This document shows, in pieces, positions 51,733 through 60,814 of a stretch of DNA of 64,000 nucleotides. Within the stretch, counting starts at the first letter, position 1, and each line of letters begins with the position of its first letter. The notes under the pieces are model-generated. The model was not told where the DNA came from. It made no database searches and worked only from the letters and a program-made list of their open reading frames with translations. The position numbers and the translations under genes were made by a program. The stretch comes from Dehalococcoidia bacterium (GTDB taxonomy: Bacteria; Chloroflexota; Dehalococcoidia; UBA2979), in NCBI GenBank assembly GCA_965262725.1, contig OZ253555.1:1826762-1890761 (forward strand). The letters run 5' to 3'.

Positions 51733-53161
51733 CGAGCGGCTGGGGTTGGGTGCTCCGCTGTAGCTGGGACAATGGTTTTTGACCGAATCACGTCACAGCC
51801 ACAGGGAGCACCCATTCGATGTTAGCAACGAGCAGCCCCGACCGGATACACATCGCCTTCGACGACGACCGCCTCGTGGACCACGCGGGCCTGCTGCTCC
51901 CGGCCACGCTCGCTGGCCGGCTCGGCCTCCGTGAACTGGCAGACGCCCAGCTCGACCTCGGTGACGCAGCGGGGCGGGCGAACGTCGGCGACAAGCTGAT
52001 GACTCTCATCGCCTCGGCGCTCGCGGGCGGCGACTGCATCGATGACGCCGATGCCATGCGCTCAGGCGGCGCCGGGCGCGTGCTCGGCTGCACCGTGAAG
52101 GCGCCGTCCACCCTCGGGACCTTCCTGCGCAGCTTCCGGTGGGGCCACGTCCGCCAGCTCGACCGCGTCAGCCGCGAGTTGCTGGCCCGCAGCTGGGCGG
52201 CCGGGGCGGGACCCGGCGCGGCGCCGTTCACGATCGACCTCGACTCGACGCTCTGCGAGACCTACGGCCTCGCCAAGGAGGGCGCCCGGCACCACGGCTA
52301 CACGGGCGTGCGCGGCTATCACCCGCTGCTCGCGGTGGCGGCCGGGACGGGTGAGGTGCTGATGGCGCGGCTGCGCGGGGGCCGTGCCAACACCGCTCGG
52401 GGGGCCGCACACTTCCTGCGTGAGACGGTGGCGCGGGTGCGCGACGCCGGGGCCTCGGGGCAGCTCACGCTGCGCGCCGACAGCGGCTTCTACAGCCACG
52501 CTGTCGTCGCCGCCTGCCGCAAGCAGGATGTCCGCTTCTCCATCACCATTCGCCAGCAGCCGAACGTACGCCGGCTGATCGAGGCGATACCGGAAGAGGA
52601 CTGGACGCCGATCCCGTACTGGCTGCCGGGCGGCGCCGCTGTCGCCGAGACGACCTACACGCCGTTCCAGCACACGGGGGACGCCACCGCGGTGCGGCTC
52701 ATCGTGCGGCGCGTCACGCCGACGCCCGGCTCACAGCTCGCGCTCTTCGTGGACTACAGTTACCACGCCTTCATCACCAACCGCGCGGGGGAGATGATGG
52801 AGCTGGAGGCCGACCATCGCCGTCACGCCGAGATCGAGAACGCGATCCGCGACCTCAAGTACGGCGTCGGGTTGAACCATCTCCCATCGGGCCGCTTCGC
52901 CGCGAACGCGGCGTGGCTCGCGGTGCAGGTGATCGCGCACAACCTCGCCCGCTGGACGGCGCGCCTCGGGCTCGGCGAGGGAATCATGACGACCAGGACG
53001 CTCAGGCGGCGCTACTTCTCTCTCGCCGGACGGCTCACCCGCTCTGCCCGGCGGTGGACTCTGCACCTCCCGAAGCGCTGGCCCTGGGCAGAGCAGCTGG
53101 CAGCCGCGCTCGCGCGACTACGGGCGATACCGCTCCCGGCCTGACGCTCGCTCACAGCGCC
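51733..53161 (+). mobile_element. IS1380-family insertion sequence (copy B)
   Basis: Starts about 14 nt after the intron copy-2 3' end. Transposase at 51819..53144. Ends homologous to copy A. Confidence 0.7.
51819..53144 (+). CDS. IS1380-family DDE transposase
   Basis: 441 aa paralog of 25129..26454. Confidence 0.8.
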   Translation: MLATSSPDRIHIAFDDDRLVDHAGLLLPATLAGRLGLRELADAQLDLGDAAGRANVGDKLMTLIASALAGGDCIDDADAMRSGGAGRVLGCTVKAPSTLGTFLRSFRWGHVRQLDRVSRELLARSWAAGAGPGAAPFTIDLDSTLCETYGLAKEGARHHGYTGVRGYHPLLAVAAGTGEVLMARLRGGRANTARGAAHFLRETVARVRDAGASGQLTLRADSGFYSHAVVAACRKQDVRFSITIRQQPNVRRLIEAIPEEDWTPIPYWLPGGAAVAETTYTPFQHTGDATAVRLIVRRVTPTPGSQLALFVDYSYHAFITNRAGEMMELEADHRRHAEIENAIRDLKYGVGLNHLPSGRFAANAAWLAVQVIAHNLARWTARLGLGEGIMTTRTLRRRYFSLAGRLTRSARRWTLHLPKRWPWAEQLAAALARLRAIPLPA

Positions 53162-53370
53162 GACCCGGGTCCGAGGCTCGCGCCAGCATGCCCGCGCACG
53201 CCTCGCGCACCCTCGCGCCCGCACCCTCAGCGCCCACGAGCGGTGCTGAGCGACGGCTTCTGGCTCCGGCCCGCCCCCGGCGCCGCCCGGCGAACGCCGG
53301 CACGCCCGCCGAACTCTCCGGCAGCCCGGCACCCCGCCTCGTCAAGCTTCGATCGGTGGATTCGAGCTTA
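53162..53370. repeat. 209-bp direct repeat, copy 1 (second copy at 55042-55250)
   Basis: About 98.5% identical copies flanking the IS481-like element. No convincing ORF. Confidence 0.85.
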
Positions 53371-53377
53371 GACCGAT

Positions 53378-55015
53378 CACTGTGTCGACGAGCAGCGATT
53401 CGGTCAGGGGCTAACGCGTCAGCGACCCTGTCCTCCCTGGAAGCAGAAGCAGGGGGTGACAGTGCAGCAATCCGAACAGGCACGCCGCTATGTACTCGAC
53501 AGCGTGATCGCAGGCGATCTGCGGGTCGCGCAGGCCGGCGAGATCATGGGCATCAGTCAGCGCCACACGCGGCGCCTCCTCGCCGCCTACCGCGCGCGGG
53601 GAGCCGCGGCGCTGGGGCACGGCAACCGCGGCCGTCGCCCCCACAACGCTGTCCCGGTCGCCGTCGCCTCCGCCGTGGTGCGCTTCGCCACCAGCGGCTA
53701 CCCGGGAGCGAACCACACCCACCTCGCCGAGCTGCTCTGGGAGCACGAGGGTCTGGAGGTGAGCAGCTCGTCCGTCCGCCGGATCCTGGCGAAGGCCGGC
53801 ATCCCCAGTCCCCGACGCCGCCGGCCGCCCGAGCACCGCGTCCGGCGTGAGCGGATGCCCCGCGAGGGGATGCTGCTCCAGGTGGACGGCAGCCATCACG
53901 CCTGGCTCGAGGAACGAGGCCCCCGCTTCGCCCTGCTGCTCGCCGTCGACGATGCGACCGGCGCAGCCGTGCACGCGCTCTTCCGCCCCACCGAGGACGC
54001 GCGCGGCTACTTCCTCCTGCTGGAGGAGGTCGTCCGCGGCTGCGGCATCCCGCTCGCCCTCTACAGTGACCGCCACGGCGTCTTCCTGGCCGGTCCCGGC
54101 GGGCGGCGTGGGCTCAAGGCCTCGACCCAGTTCGCGCGGGCGATGGGCGAACTCGGGATACGCCAGATCTTCGCGCGATCACCCCAGGCGAAGGGGCGCG
54201 TGGAACGTGCCGCAGGTACGTTTCAGGACCGGCTGGTGACCGAGCTGCGCCACGCCTCAGCCTCCACCATCCCCGAGGCGCAGGCCGTGCTCGAGGGCTT
54301 CCTGCCGCGCTTCGACGCCCGCTTCCGGGTCCCGGCGGCGCAACCCGAGCAGGCCTACCGCCCGCTCGACCCCGCGCTCCCCCTCGCCTCCATCCTCAGC
54401 TTTCGGAACCCCCGCACCGTCGCCCGCGACAACACAGTCAAGTACCGCTGGCGCACGCTGCAGCTGCTGCCGGGTCCCGAGCGCACCAGCTACGCTGGGA
54501 CACGGGTCGAGGTCGTGGAACGGCCGGGCGGCGAGCTCTCCGTCCAGCACGTAGGCGAGACGATCCCCTCTCGCCCGGCACCGCCGCGCGCGGGGATGCT
54601 GCGGGAGGCTCGCTCCGAGCTGGCTCTCCGCCCCGACCACGAGCGCATCGCCTCAGGGCTCGGCTCCGGCGGCGCGCCTCGGCGGCTCAGTGCGCCCCCC
54701 GTCGCCCCGTCGGCGGTTGCGGCCGGCAACGGCGCTGCGGTCAGGCCGGAGACCAACGGCAAGCAACTCCCTGCTCCGACGCCCCGGCAGCTCGCCCGCT
54801 GGAAGGCGATTCAGCAGGCGCAGCTGCAAGGGCTCTCGATGCGGGCGACCGCCAGGCTGCTCGGGATCGCCCGCGACACCGTCCACAACTACGTCCTGGC
54901 TAACGGCGTGCCTGGACGCCGCAACGGCGCCGCGGCATCCTCCGACGACCAGGGCGACACTGACAGAGTCGCTGACGCGTTACGAGGACAGAATCGCTGA
55001 CCGTCGACAGTCACT
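53378..55015 (+). mobile_element. IS481/ISNCY-like element with about 60-bp imperfect terminal inverted repeats
   Basis: Left end CACTGTGTCGACGAGCAGCGATTCGGTC...TAACGCGTCAGCGACCCTGTC. Right end is the reverse complement (GACAGAGTCGCTGACGCGTTA...GAATCGCTGACCGTCGACAGTC). Confidence 0.6.
53456..55000 (+). CDS. DDE (rve integrase-core) transposase, IS481/ISNCY-like
   Basis: 514 aa with an N-terminal HTH and RRPH-type motif (LGHGNRGRRPHNAV), an rve core and a C-terminal HTH. Confidence 0.65.
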   Translation: MTVQQSEQARRYVLDSVIAGDLRVAQAGEIMGISQRHTRRLLAAYRARGAAALGHGNRGRRPHNAVPVAVASAVVRFATSGYPGANHTHLAELLWEHEGLEVSSSSVRRILAKAGIPSPRRRRPPEHRVRRERMPREGMLLQVDGSHHAWLEERGPRFALLLAVDDATGAAVHALFRPTEDARGYFLLLEEVVRGCGIPLALYSDRHGVFLAGPGGRRGLKASTQFARAMGELGIRQIFARSPQAKGRVERAAGTFQDRLVTELRHASASTIPEAQAVLEGFLPRFDARFRVPAAQPEQAYRPLDPALPLASILSFRNPRTVARDNTVKYRWRTLQLLPGPERTSYAGTRVEVVERPGGELSVQHVGETIPSRPAPPRAGMLREARSELALRPDHERIASGLGSGGAPRRLSAPPVAPSAVAAGNGAAVRPETNGKQLPAPTPRQLARWKAIQQAQLQGLSMRATARLLGIARDTVHNYVLANGVPGRRNGAAASSDDQGDTDRVADALRGQNR

Positions 55016-55022
55016 GGTCGGG
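54997..55022. repeat. about 25-bp direct repeat (second copy at 63962-63989), candidate att-type boundary
   Basis: CGCTGACCGTCGACAGTCACTGGTCG versus CGCTGAGTCCGTCACAGTCACTGGTCG at the window end, next to int/xis. Confidence 0.4.
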
Positions 55023-55041
55023 TATTAGAACGATCGGAACA

Positions 55042-55250
55042 GACCCGGGTCCGAGGCTCGCGCCAGCATGCCCGCGCACGCCTCGCGCACCCTCGCGCCC
55101 GCACCCTCAGCGCCCCCGAGCGGTGCTGAGCGACGGCTCCTGGCTCCGGCCCGCCCCCGGCGCCGCCCGGCGAACGCCGGCACGCCCGCCGAACTCTCCG
55201 GCAGCCCGGCACCCCGCCTCGTCAAGCTTCGATCGGTGGATTCGAGCTAA
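55042..55250. repeat. 209-bp direct repeat, copy 2
   Basis: See 53162-53370. Confidence 0.85.
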
Positions 55251-55343
55251 GGGGATCCGACTCCGTAGGGGCCTCGACTAGGTGGCGTGGTTCGACGCGG
55301 CGGAAGTTCCTGCGTGGTGGATCAACGACGAAGAAGGAGCATT

Positions 55344-55619
55344 ATGAACGACCTGATCGGCGAATACATCAACGCGGCTCGGAAGGTGCCACAGCTCGAG
55401 GAGGAGGCTGACAGCGCACTGGCGGTCGCTCAAGAAGCGCAGAAGACACGCGACGAGGCTGTTGCAGACCGCGAATCACAGAGCGTCTACGACGCAGTTC
55501 AATCGTGGGCCATTGCAGCGGACGCTGCTGAGAGAGCGCAAGGCGAACTCGAATTGGTCAAGAAGCGGCGTGATAACGCCGAGAAGGCGATCATGGCATA
55601 TCTTCGCCTGCCTTCCTAG
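55344..55619 (+). CDS. small hypothetical coiled-coil protein
   Basis: 91 aa with RBS AAGGAG. Lower GC than the backbone. Confidence 0.4.
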   Translation: MNDLIGEYINAARKVPQLEEEADSALAVAQEAQKTRDEAVADRESQSVYDAVQSWAIAADAAERAQGELELVKKRRDNAEKAIMAYLRLPS

Positions 55620-55704
55620 GCGCCGGTGTCCCTACACACTACTCCCATGCTCAGCTCAGACTGGGTAGACAGCGCCTGGTCACGCGGAGAGTCGGTGGCG
55701 ACTC

Positions 55705-56511
55705 TTACCGCGACCGTCGTAGAGAGAGATCGGCAACGACGCCGAAATGATCGGAGAGCTTCCGCTTCGCGAAGACATTGCTCATCACGTCCACCGGCCC
55801 GACCGCCAGATCCTTGCTGAGCGCGATGTGGTCGATGCTCTTGCGACCCTGGAAGGTGACGGGACCGGTCGCGATCGGAATATCCGACGAGAAGCACTCG
55901 CGCAGCATCGACCTGGTCCTGGCCGGCGCTCGGCCGCCGGGTCCGACGACCTGATTGAAGTCGCCCATCACGATGAGGCGCTCCGGGGTCCCCCGCCTCA
56001 GAATCGCCGCGAGGCCGGCCAGGTAGCGCTCATGGTCTCCCCACGGCCGCCTGCGCTCCGGCCCGCGCCTCTTCTCGGTCCGCGACCGGAACCACGGGAT
56101 GCAGACCCCGATCACGGTGACAGGTCCCAGCGACGTCTGCGTGACGCCGGACACGTACCGTCCGGGCGGCATGGAGGCAATGCCCACATCGTCGACGTGC
56201 TGCCACGGCTCCCGCGACCAGAGCATGACCTTCCTGCGGTGTTCCCGGATCGAGTAGCCATAATCAGGCCGTGAGCGCGCGATGTACCCGTCTGGACCAA
56301 GCAGCTCGTCATGGGTCTCGGTGAGACAGAGCACCTCGGGATCCCAGCCGGCAATGCGGCGCAGGATCTCAGGCGTTGCCCAGGATGCGGGAGTGGCCCA
56401 CTCCACATTCCACGTCGACACCCTCAGCTGCACGACCCGACTCCCTCGGTGGGCTGTCGGCTTGTCCGGAGGCCCGAAAACCTGACTGACTCTCTCCGCT
56501 CCCGGGTGCAT
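55705..56511 (-). CDS. endonuclease/exonuclease/phosphatase (EEP) family protein
   Basis: EEP motifs (LRVSTWNVEW, LCLTETHDE, MGDFNQV, SIDHIALSKD). Confidence 0.65.
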   Translation of the reverse strand: MHPGAERVSQVFGPPDKPTAHRGSRVVQLRVSTWNVEWATPASWATPEILRRIAGWDPEVLCLTETHDELLGPDGYIARSRPDYGYSIREHRRKVMLWSREPWQHVDDVGIASMPPGRYVSGVTQTSLGPVTVIGVCIPWFRSRTEKRRGPERRRPWGDHERYLAGLAAILRRGTPERLIVMGDFNQVVGPGGRAPARTRSMLRECFSSDIPIATGPVTFQGRKSIDHIALSKDLAVGPVDVMSNVFAKRKLSDHFGVVADLSLRRSR

Positions 56512-56660
56512 TCCCGAACTCTGACTGGGACACGATACGCGGCGGAACCAATGACCCATGCTGCGCCGCCCACCCAGTACGCCGATTGTGCGCGAGAGAC
56601 GGTCTTGGGAACGCCCGGTGCCGACCGCCGCACAGTCCGTGCGAGGTGAGGCGTGGCAGA

Positions 56661-57020
56661 ATGTCCGCCATGGTCTCCCCGCTCCCCATCATGACGCTGA
56701 TCGCGCGCGCTTCATGGCGCGAGGCGGTGACGTACCGCGAGACATGGCCCCACGAGTACGTCGTGATCCAACGTGACGGGCAGCAGGCGCTGCTCGCCGC
56801 CTTCTGCGCCCGCATCGCGCGCGGCGAAGGCGTCGAGTGCCGCTTCTTCGGGCGGACGCGGCGCCATCTCTTCCTTGCCGATCACAAGTACTGGACGATG
56901 ACCGACTGCGCCGACATCGACCTCGACGCCGATGACTACGTCCTCAACCGCGCACGCCTTTACCGCGACCGCCGCGACTTCGATGTGCGGCCGGGCGACC
57001 ACGGCGCGCGGGACGGGTAG
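56661..57020 (+). CDS. hypothetical protein (no recognised domain), upstream of and abutting the PD-(D/E)XK gene
   Basis: 119 aa (MSAMVSPLPIMTLIARASWREAVTYRETWPHEYVVIQRDG...). Confidence 0.35.
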   Translation: MSAMVSPLPIMTLIARASWREAVTYRETWPHEYVVIQRDGQQALLAAFCARIARGEGVECRFFGRTRRHLFLADHKYWTMTDCADIDLDADDYVLNRARLYRDRRDFDVRPGDHGARDG

Positions 57021-57026
57021 CCTTGC

Positions 57027-58014
57027 CGTGTCCGACGCGCACGAAGACGCCGCCGAACGGTTGGACGTCCACACGCTGTGGGGCCACGAGGCGCTCGACT
57101 TCACGCCCTGGCTGGCCGCCAATCTCGACCCCCTCGGCAAGGCGATCGGTCTGCGGCTCGAGCTACTCGACCGCGAGCACGCGGTCGGCCAACTCTCGCT
57201 CGACCTCCTCGCTCGTGACGCCGATGCGCGCGTGCGGGTGGCGATCGAGAATCAGCTCGCGGTGGCCGATCTCTCGCACCTTGGACAGCTCATCACCTAC
57301 GCCACGGGCAGCGACGCCCCTACGGCCGTGTGGGTCGCCACGGGTTTCCGGCGCGAACTGGCCGACGCGCTGCACTGCCTGAACGCCTGGACCGGCGAGG
57401 GCATCCGCTTCTACGCCGTCCAGGTGGAGGTCGTGAGGCGAACCGAGGACGCCGATCCGGAGCCGAGGTTCCGCAGGGTCGTCTACCCGGGCGGCCGGGA
57501 CGAGTCCTTTGCGCTGGCCGCCGCGGAGCCGTCGCCCGAGGCCCGGCGCTATCAGGAGTTCTTCGAGCCGCTGATCGCCGAACTGCTGCGGACGGGCTTC
57601 GCCGGACGCGCCGTGCAGCACTTCGATCACACGGGGCGGTTCTTCCGCTCGCGCCTCGATCCCGGCATCGGCTACGCCGCGTCGCTCTGGAGGGGCGTCG
57701 CGTGGGTCGGGCTGCATATTCGCATGGACGGCACGGCTCACACCAAGCGCGTCTTCGACACGCTGCACGGCGAGCGGGCGAGCATCGAGGCCGACCTCCC
57801 CGCGACCGACGGGTCGACGTGGTCGTGGCTGCGGCACGGCGCCTACACGTTCTCCAGCATCAACCTCCGCCGCGACGGCGCGATCCACGACCCGCCGGAC
57901 CGTCTGGCCGAGACGCGAGAGTGGATGCTCGACATGCTGCCGCGGCTTCGCGCTGTCTTCGACCCGCGCGTCGCGGCCATTCTTGAGGGCCTGCGTGCGT
58001 CGGGGAACGCGTAG
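57027..58014 (+). CDS. PD-(D/E)XK nuclease-like N-domain fused to a DUF4268-like C-domain protein
   Basis: Motifs D...D...VAIENQL...DLSHLGQLITY, then a W-rich C-terminal domain. The family assignment rests on recall only. Confidence 0.45.
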
Positions 58015-58439
58015 GACGCTGGCGAGACAGCCGCCTGCGGCGGCAGCGTCCCTATGGCTCGATCCTCGACCAGGAGAACTCTCCCACCCCGCTTGAGCTG
58101 CCGCCGCCGGGCCGCTTCACCACTCGGGCTCCGCCTTCGCACGGCCCCGCACGCCGCCAGGGACAGGAGAGCCCACGATGACCGTCACCACCTCAGAACT
58201 CCGCCCGCTGCTCATGCGACTCAAGCTCGGCTGGCTCACACGCTCGTGCGCAACCTGTCGAATAGAGTCGGCACGACTTGCGACCGAATCGCGCGGCAAG
58301 GTCGGGTCGATGGAGTCGGGCAGGGCGGTCCCGGCGGCGACCTGCTCCAGCGCGGTCGCGAACTCGTCCGGGCTGAAGGAGCGGCCTTCGCGCGCTTCCT
58401 CGCGAAGCGTCATGACCCGGTACGATGGGTCCACGGCCG

Positions 58440-58620
58440 TCACGCCTCCCGTGCTCGCCGCGCTGGATCCGCACGCGGCTTCGGGCCGCAGGTTCTGAAG
58501 GCGCTGGTTCCCGATTCTGGGAGCGAGGTGAGGCCTCAGGATTGTGCGGTAGTTCTCCGCAACGCGCAGGCCGCGGATCCTCATCCTGTCCGCGGGCCCG
58601 TCATCGGAATCTCCGGCGAC
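58440..58620 (-). pseudogene. fragment of a tyrosine integrase gene (N-terminal SAM-like region)
   Basis: LRVAENYRTILRPHLAPRIGNQRLQNLRPE, cf. the integrase at 62342..63505 (VAENYRTIVRLHLAPAIGSLRLQELRPD). About 75% nt identity to 63120-63240. Confidence 0.55.
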
Positions 58621-58845
58621 GCGCCATTGGAGCTGGTAGCGAGCCCCGCTGGCATCGTCACCATCCTGATGATCGTCGGCATCGCGCTGGACCGCGTGAT
58701 GAAGGACAGGCGCAAGGCCATCGTCGACGAAGGGGGGTCTCAAGCGCGCCCGGCGCGAGCTCGACGACGACTAGCATGTCCTGCTTGTCAAGCATCGCGC
58801 GCCCGTCCAAACTCGTCGCAGGACCGGCGACGAGGGGGCCGAGGA

Positions 58846-59088
58846 ATGCCGTTTAGCGATCAGGTGAAGGGCGAGGCCTTCCGCCGCTCCAGGGGGCGGT
58901 GCGAGTGCCGGAGGAAGACGTGCTCGAACCGGCGCCACAAGACGCCGCGGTGCACTACTTCGATCGTGCGGAGCGTCCACTACCACCACGTCCACGCCGA
59001 GAGGCTCGGCGGGTCTAACGGCCTGTCGAACTGCGAGGCGCTTTGCATACCGTGCCACAAGGCGACTGCCAACTACGGGCGCTCGTGA
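58846..59088 (+). CDS. HNH endonuclease-domain small protein
   Basis: 80 aa with Cys pairs and an H-N-H core (CECRRKTC...HYHHVHAERLGGSNGLSNCEALCIPCH). Confidence 0.65.
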   Translation: MPFSDQVKGEAFRRSRGRCECRRKTCSNRRHKTPRCTTSIVRSVHYHHVHAERLGGSNGLSNCEALCIPCHKATANYGRS

Positions 59089-59274
59089 ACTCGAATGGCG
59101 GCTGGCGCGCGTCGCGCCTGAGACACATTCGATCCCAGTCGACGCCAGCGGGAGACGCGGCGTCTAGCGGCACAGCGTCCAGATCCGCATGTCCGCCGAG
59201 TTGCGTCTCTTAGGCGAGTGGCCTCGGACTCGGCCTCAACCCAGTCGTCGTAGCGACCGCAGACGCTCGAGCCG

Positions 59275-59832
59275 GTGAGAGGGCTCGCGAGCAGGAGTAG
59301 GGGGGCACAATTGCTCAAGGCAATGCGGGGATACTTCGCACACCCGCACGGCAGGAAGCGAATTATTGCTCCTTGGAAATGGGCATGGCGAGACAGGATC
59401 CTACTTGGCGGTGAAGCAATAGCTGTGTGTGCCTCAATTGCCGCGATACCTGTCGAACTCGCCGAATCGGACTTCGGACCTTGGTTGGTAATAGGAGCGA
59501 CGATTGTAGGAACTGCTGCACTTCTATGGTATGCGCTCGACCTGATCTCAGCGGGAGAGATGCCGCTAACAAATAGATCGGCTCACACGATCAGGCAGGT
59601 CGTACAAGCCATGAAAATGGAAGAACAGGGAGCCATTTTCGAGTGGGACAATATCAGTCCAGACGGTGGAATACCGTCAGACCTAGCGAATTGGGCAAGA
59701 TTGAGGCCAGAATTGAAAAGACTCATTAGACAATACAATATCCCTCTGACGGTGGCGGTGGGCATGTTGGATGCTCAAGAAAAGGCGAGAGAAACATCAG
59801 GCATCCCCGACGAAGGAGAAGCGCACGGGTGA
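59275..59832 (+). CDS. low-GC (about 50%) hypothetical membrane protein, two predicted TM helices plus a soluble C-domain
   Basis: ILLGGEAIAVCASIAAIPV and WLVIGATIVGTAALLWYALDLI. Codon usage clearly differs from neighbouring genes. Confidence 0.45.
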   Translation: MRGLASRSRGAQLLKAMRGYFAHPHGRKRIIAPWKWAWRDRILLGGEAIAVCASIAAIPVELAESDFGPWLVIGATIVGTAALLWYALDLISAGEMPLTNRSAHTIRQVVQAMKMEEQGAIFEWDNISPDGGIPSDLANWARLRPELKRLIRQYNIPLTVAVGMLDAQEKARETSGIPDEGEAHG

Positions 59833-60128
59833 TCTCACTAGAGATTCACCACATGCGTCATCTCACTGGGGCTGGGCGGTAGCCTGACGCGCAGGGCACC
59901 GCCTGCGAGAAACGAAGTCGAGCGCGGGGATGACCCTCGCGACCACCACCTGTGCCGTGCGGGTCTTCGCGTGGCGGCCGCGAGGCCATGGTGCAGCACG
60001 GCGACTGTGCGCCAGTGCCGCCGCGGCCGCGCGGTAGTGTCTGCGTGCGGTTACGCGAGCGGCCAGAGGGTCACATATGCCGAAGCAGTACAAGTTGAGC
60101 CGTGCGCGGGCCGCCAACAACGATGTGC

Positions 60129-60353
60129 TCACAGCCGCTCGAATTCCTCGCGAGTCAAGCCAGCCTGCCGGATGATGGCGCGCAGGAGACCCGCGCCGAT
60201 CTCCCGATGGCGGGGCACAATGGTCACCCGGCGGCGGCCACCCGTTGCCCGGCCGAACTTGACGTGACTGCCTTGTTGGCCGATCTCCGCGAACCCCGCC
60301 GCCATGAGCTTCCGCGCGACCTCGCGATAGGGAAGAGGCCTAACCGCTGGCAA
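60129..60353 (-). CDS. hicA: HicA-family toxin
   Basis: 74 aa (KLMAAGFAEIGQQGSHVKF...GLLRAIIRQAGLTREEF). Confidence 0.75.
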   Translation of the reverse strand: MPAVRPLPYREVARKLMAAGFAEIGQQGSHVKFGRATGGRRRVTIVPRHREIGAGLLRAIIRQAGLTREEFERL

Positions 60354-60600
60354 CCTCTACCTCGACCCGGTGAATTCGGGGGGGGCTCGTGGCGACGGGC
60401 GGCGTCAAGTACAGCTCTAGCGCCTCGCGCAGATTTGCCAGCGCACTGTCGACGGTCTCGCCCTGGCTGGCGACATCCACCTCCAGCGCCTGAGCGACGT
60501 ACCACTCGTCTTCCTTCTGCACGCTCGCCGTGAACACCTGTCTCACCGTCGCCGCCCCGTTCCATTCCGATCCCGCAATCCGGTCCGGGTACTCTGACAT
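60340..60600 (-). CDS. hicB: HicB-family antitoxin
   Basis: Starts at MSEYPDRIAG inside the longer ORF. Upstream of and overlapping hicA by 14 nt. Confidence 0.6.
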   Translation of the reverse strand: MSEYPDRIAGSEWNGAATVRQVFTASVQKEDEWYVAQALEVDVASQGETVDSALANLREALELYLTPPVATSPPRIHRVEVEVASG

Positions 60601-60814
60601 GTTCGGTCGTCGGACCTGCCTCGACGGCTCCGGTGAGGCGGGCGCAGGCGCATTCCGTTCCCTTGCAGGAGTGTCACGACGCTGAGCGGCTGCGGGTTCA
60701 CAGGATACTCCCAAGTACATAGCCCTGCCCATTATTGGGGGACTACATACCTTTGGCCACTCTCACGCTGACACCTAGCCGTCTACCGGTTGCCCAGGGG
60801 CGATGCCCGTTGCG

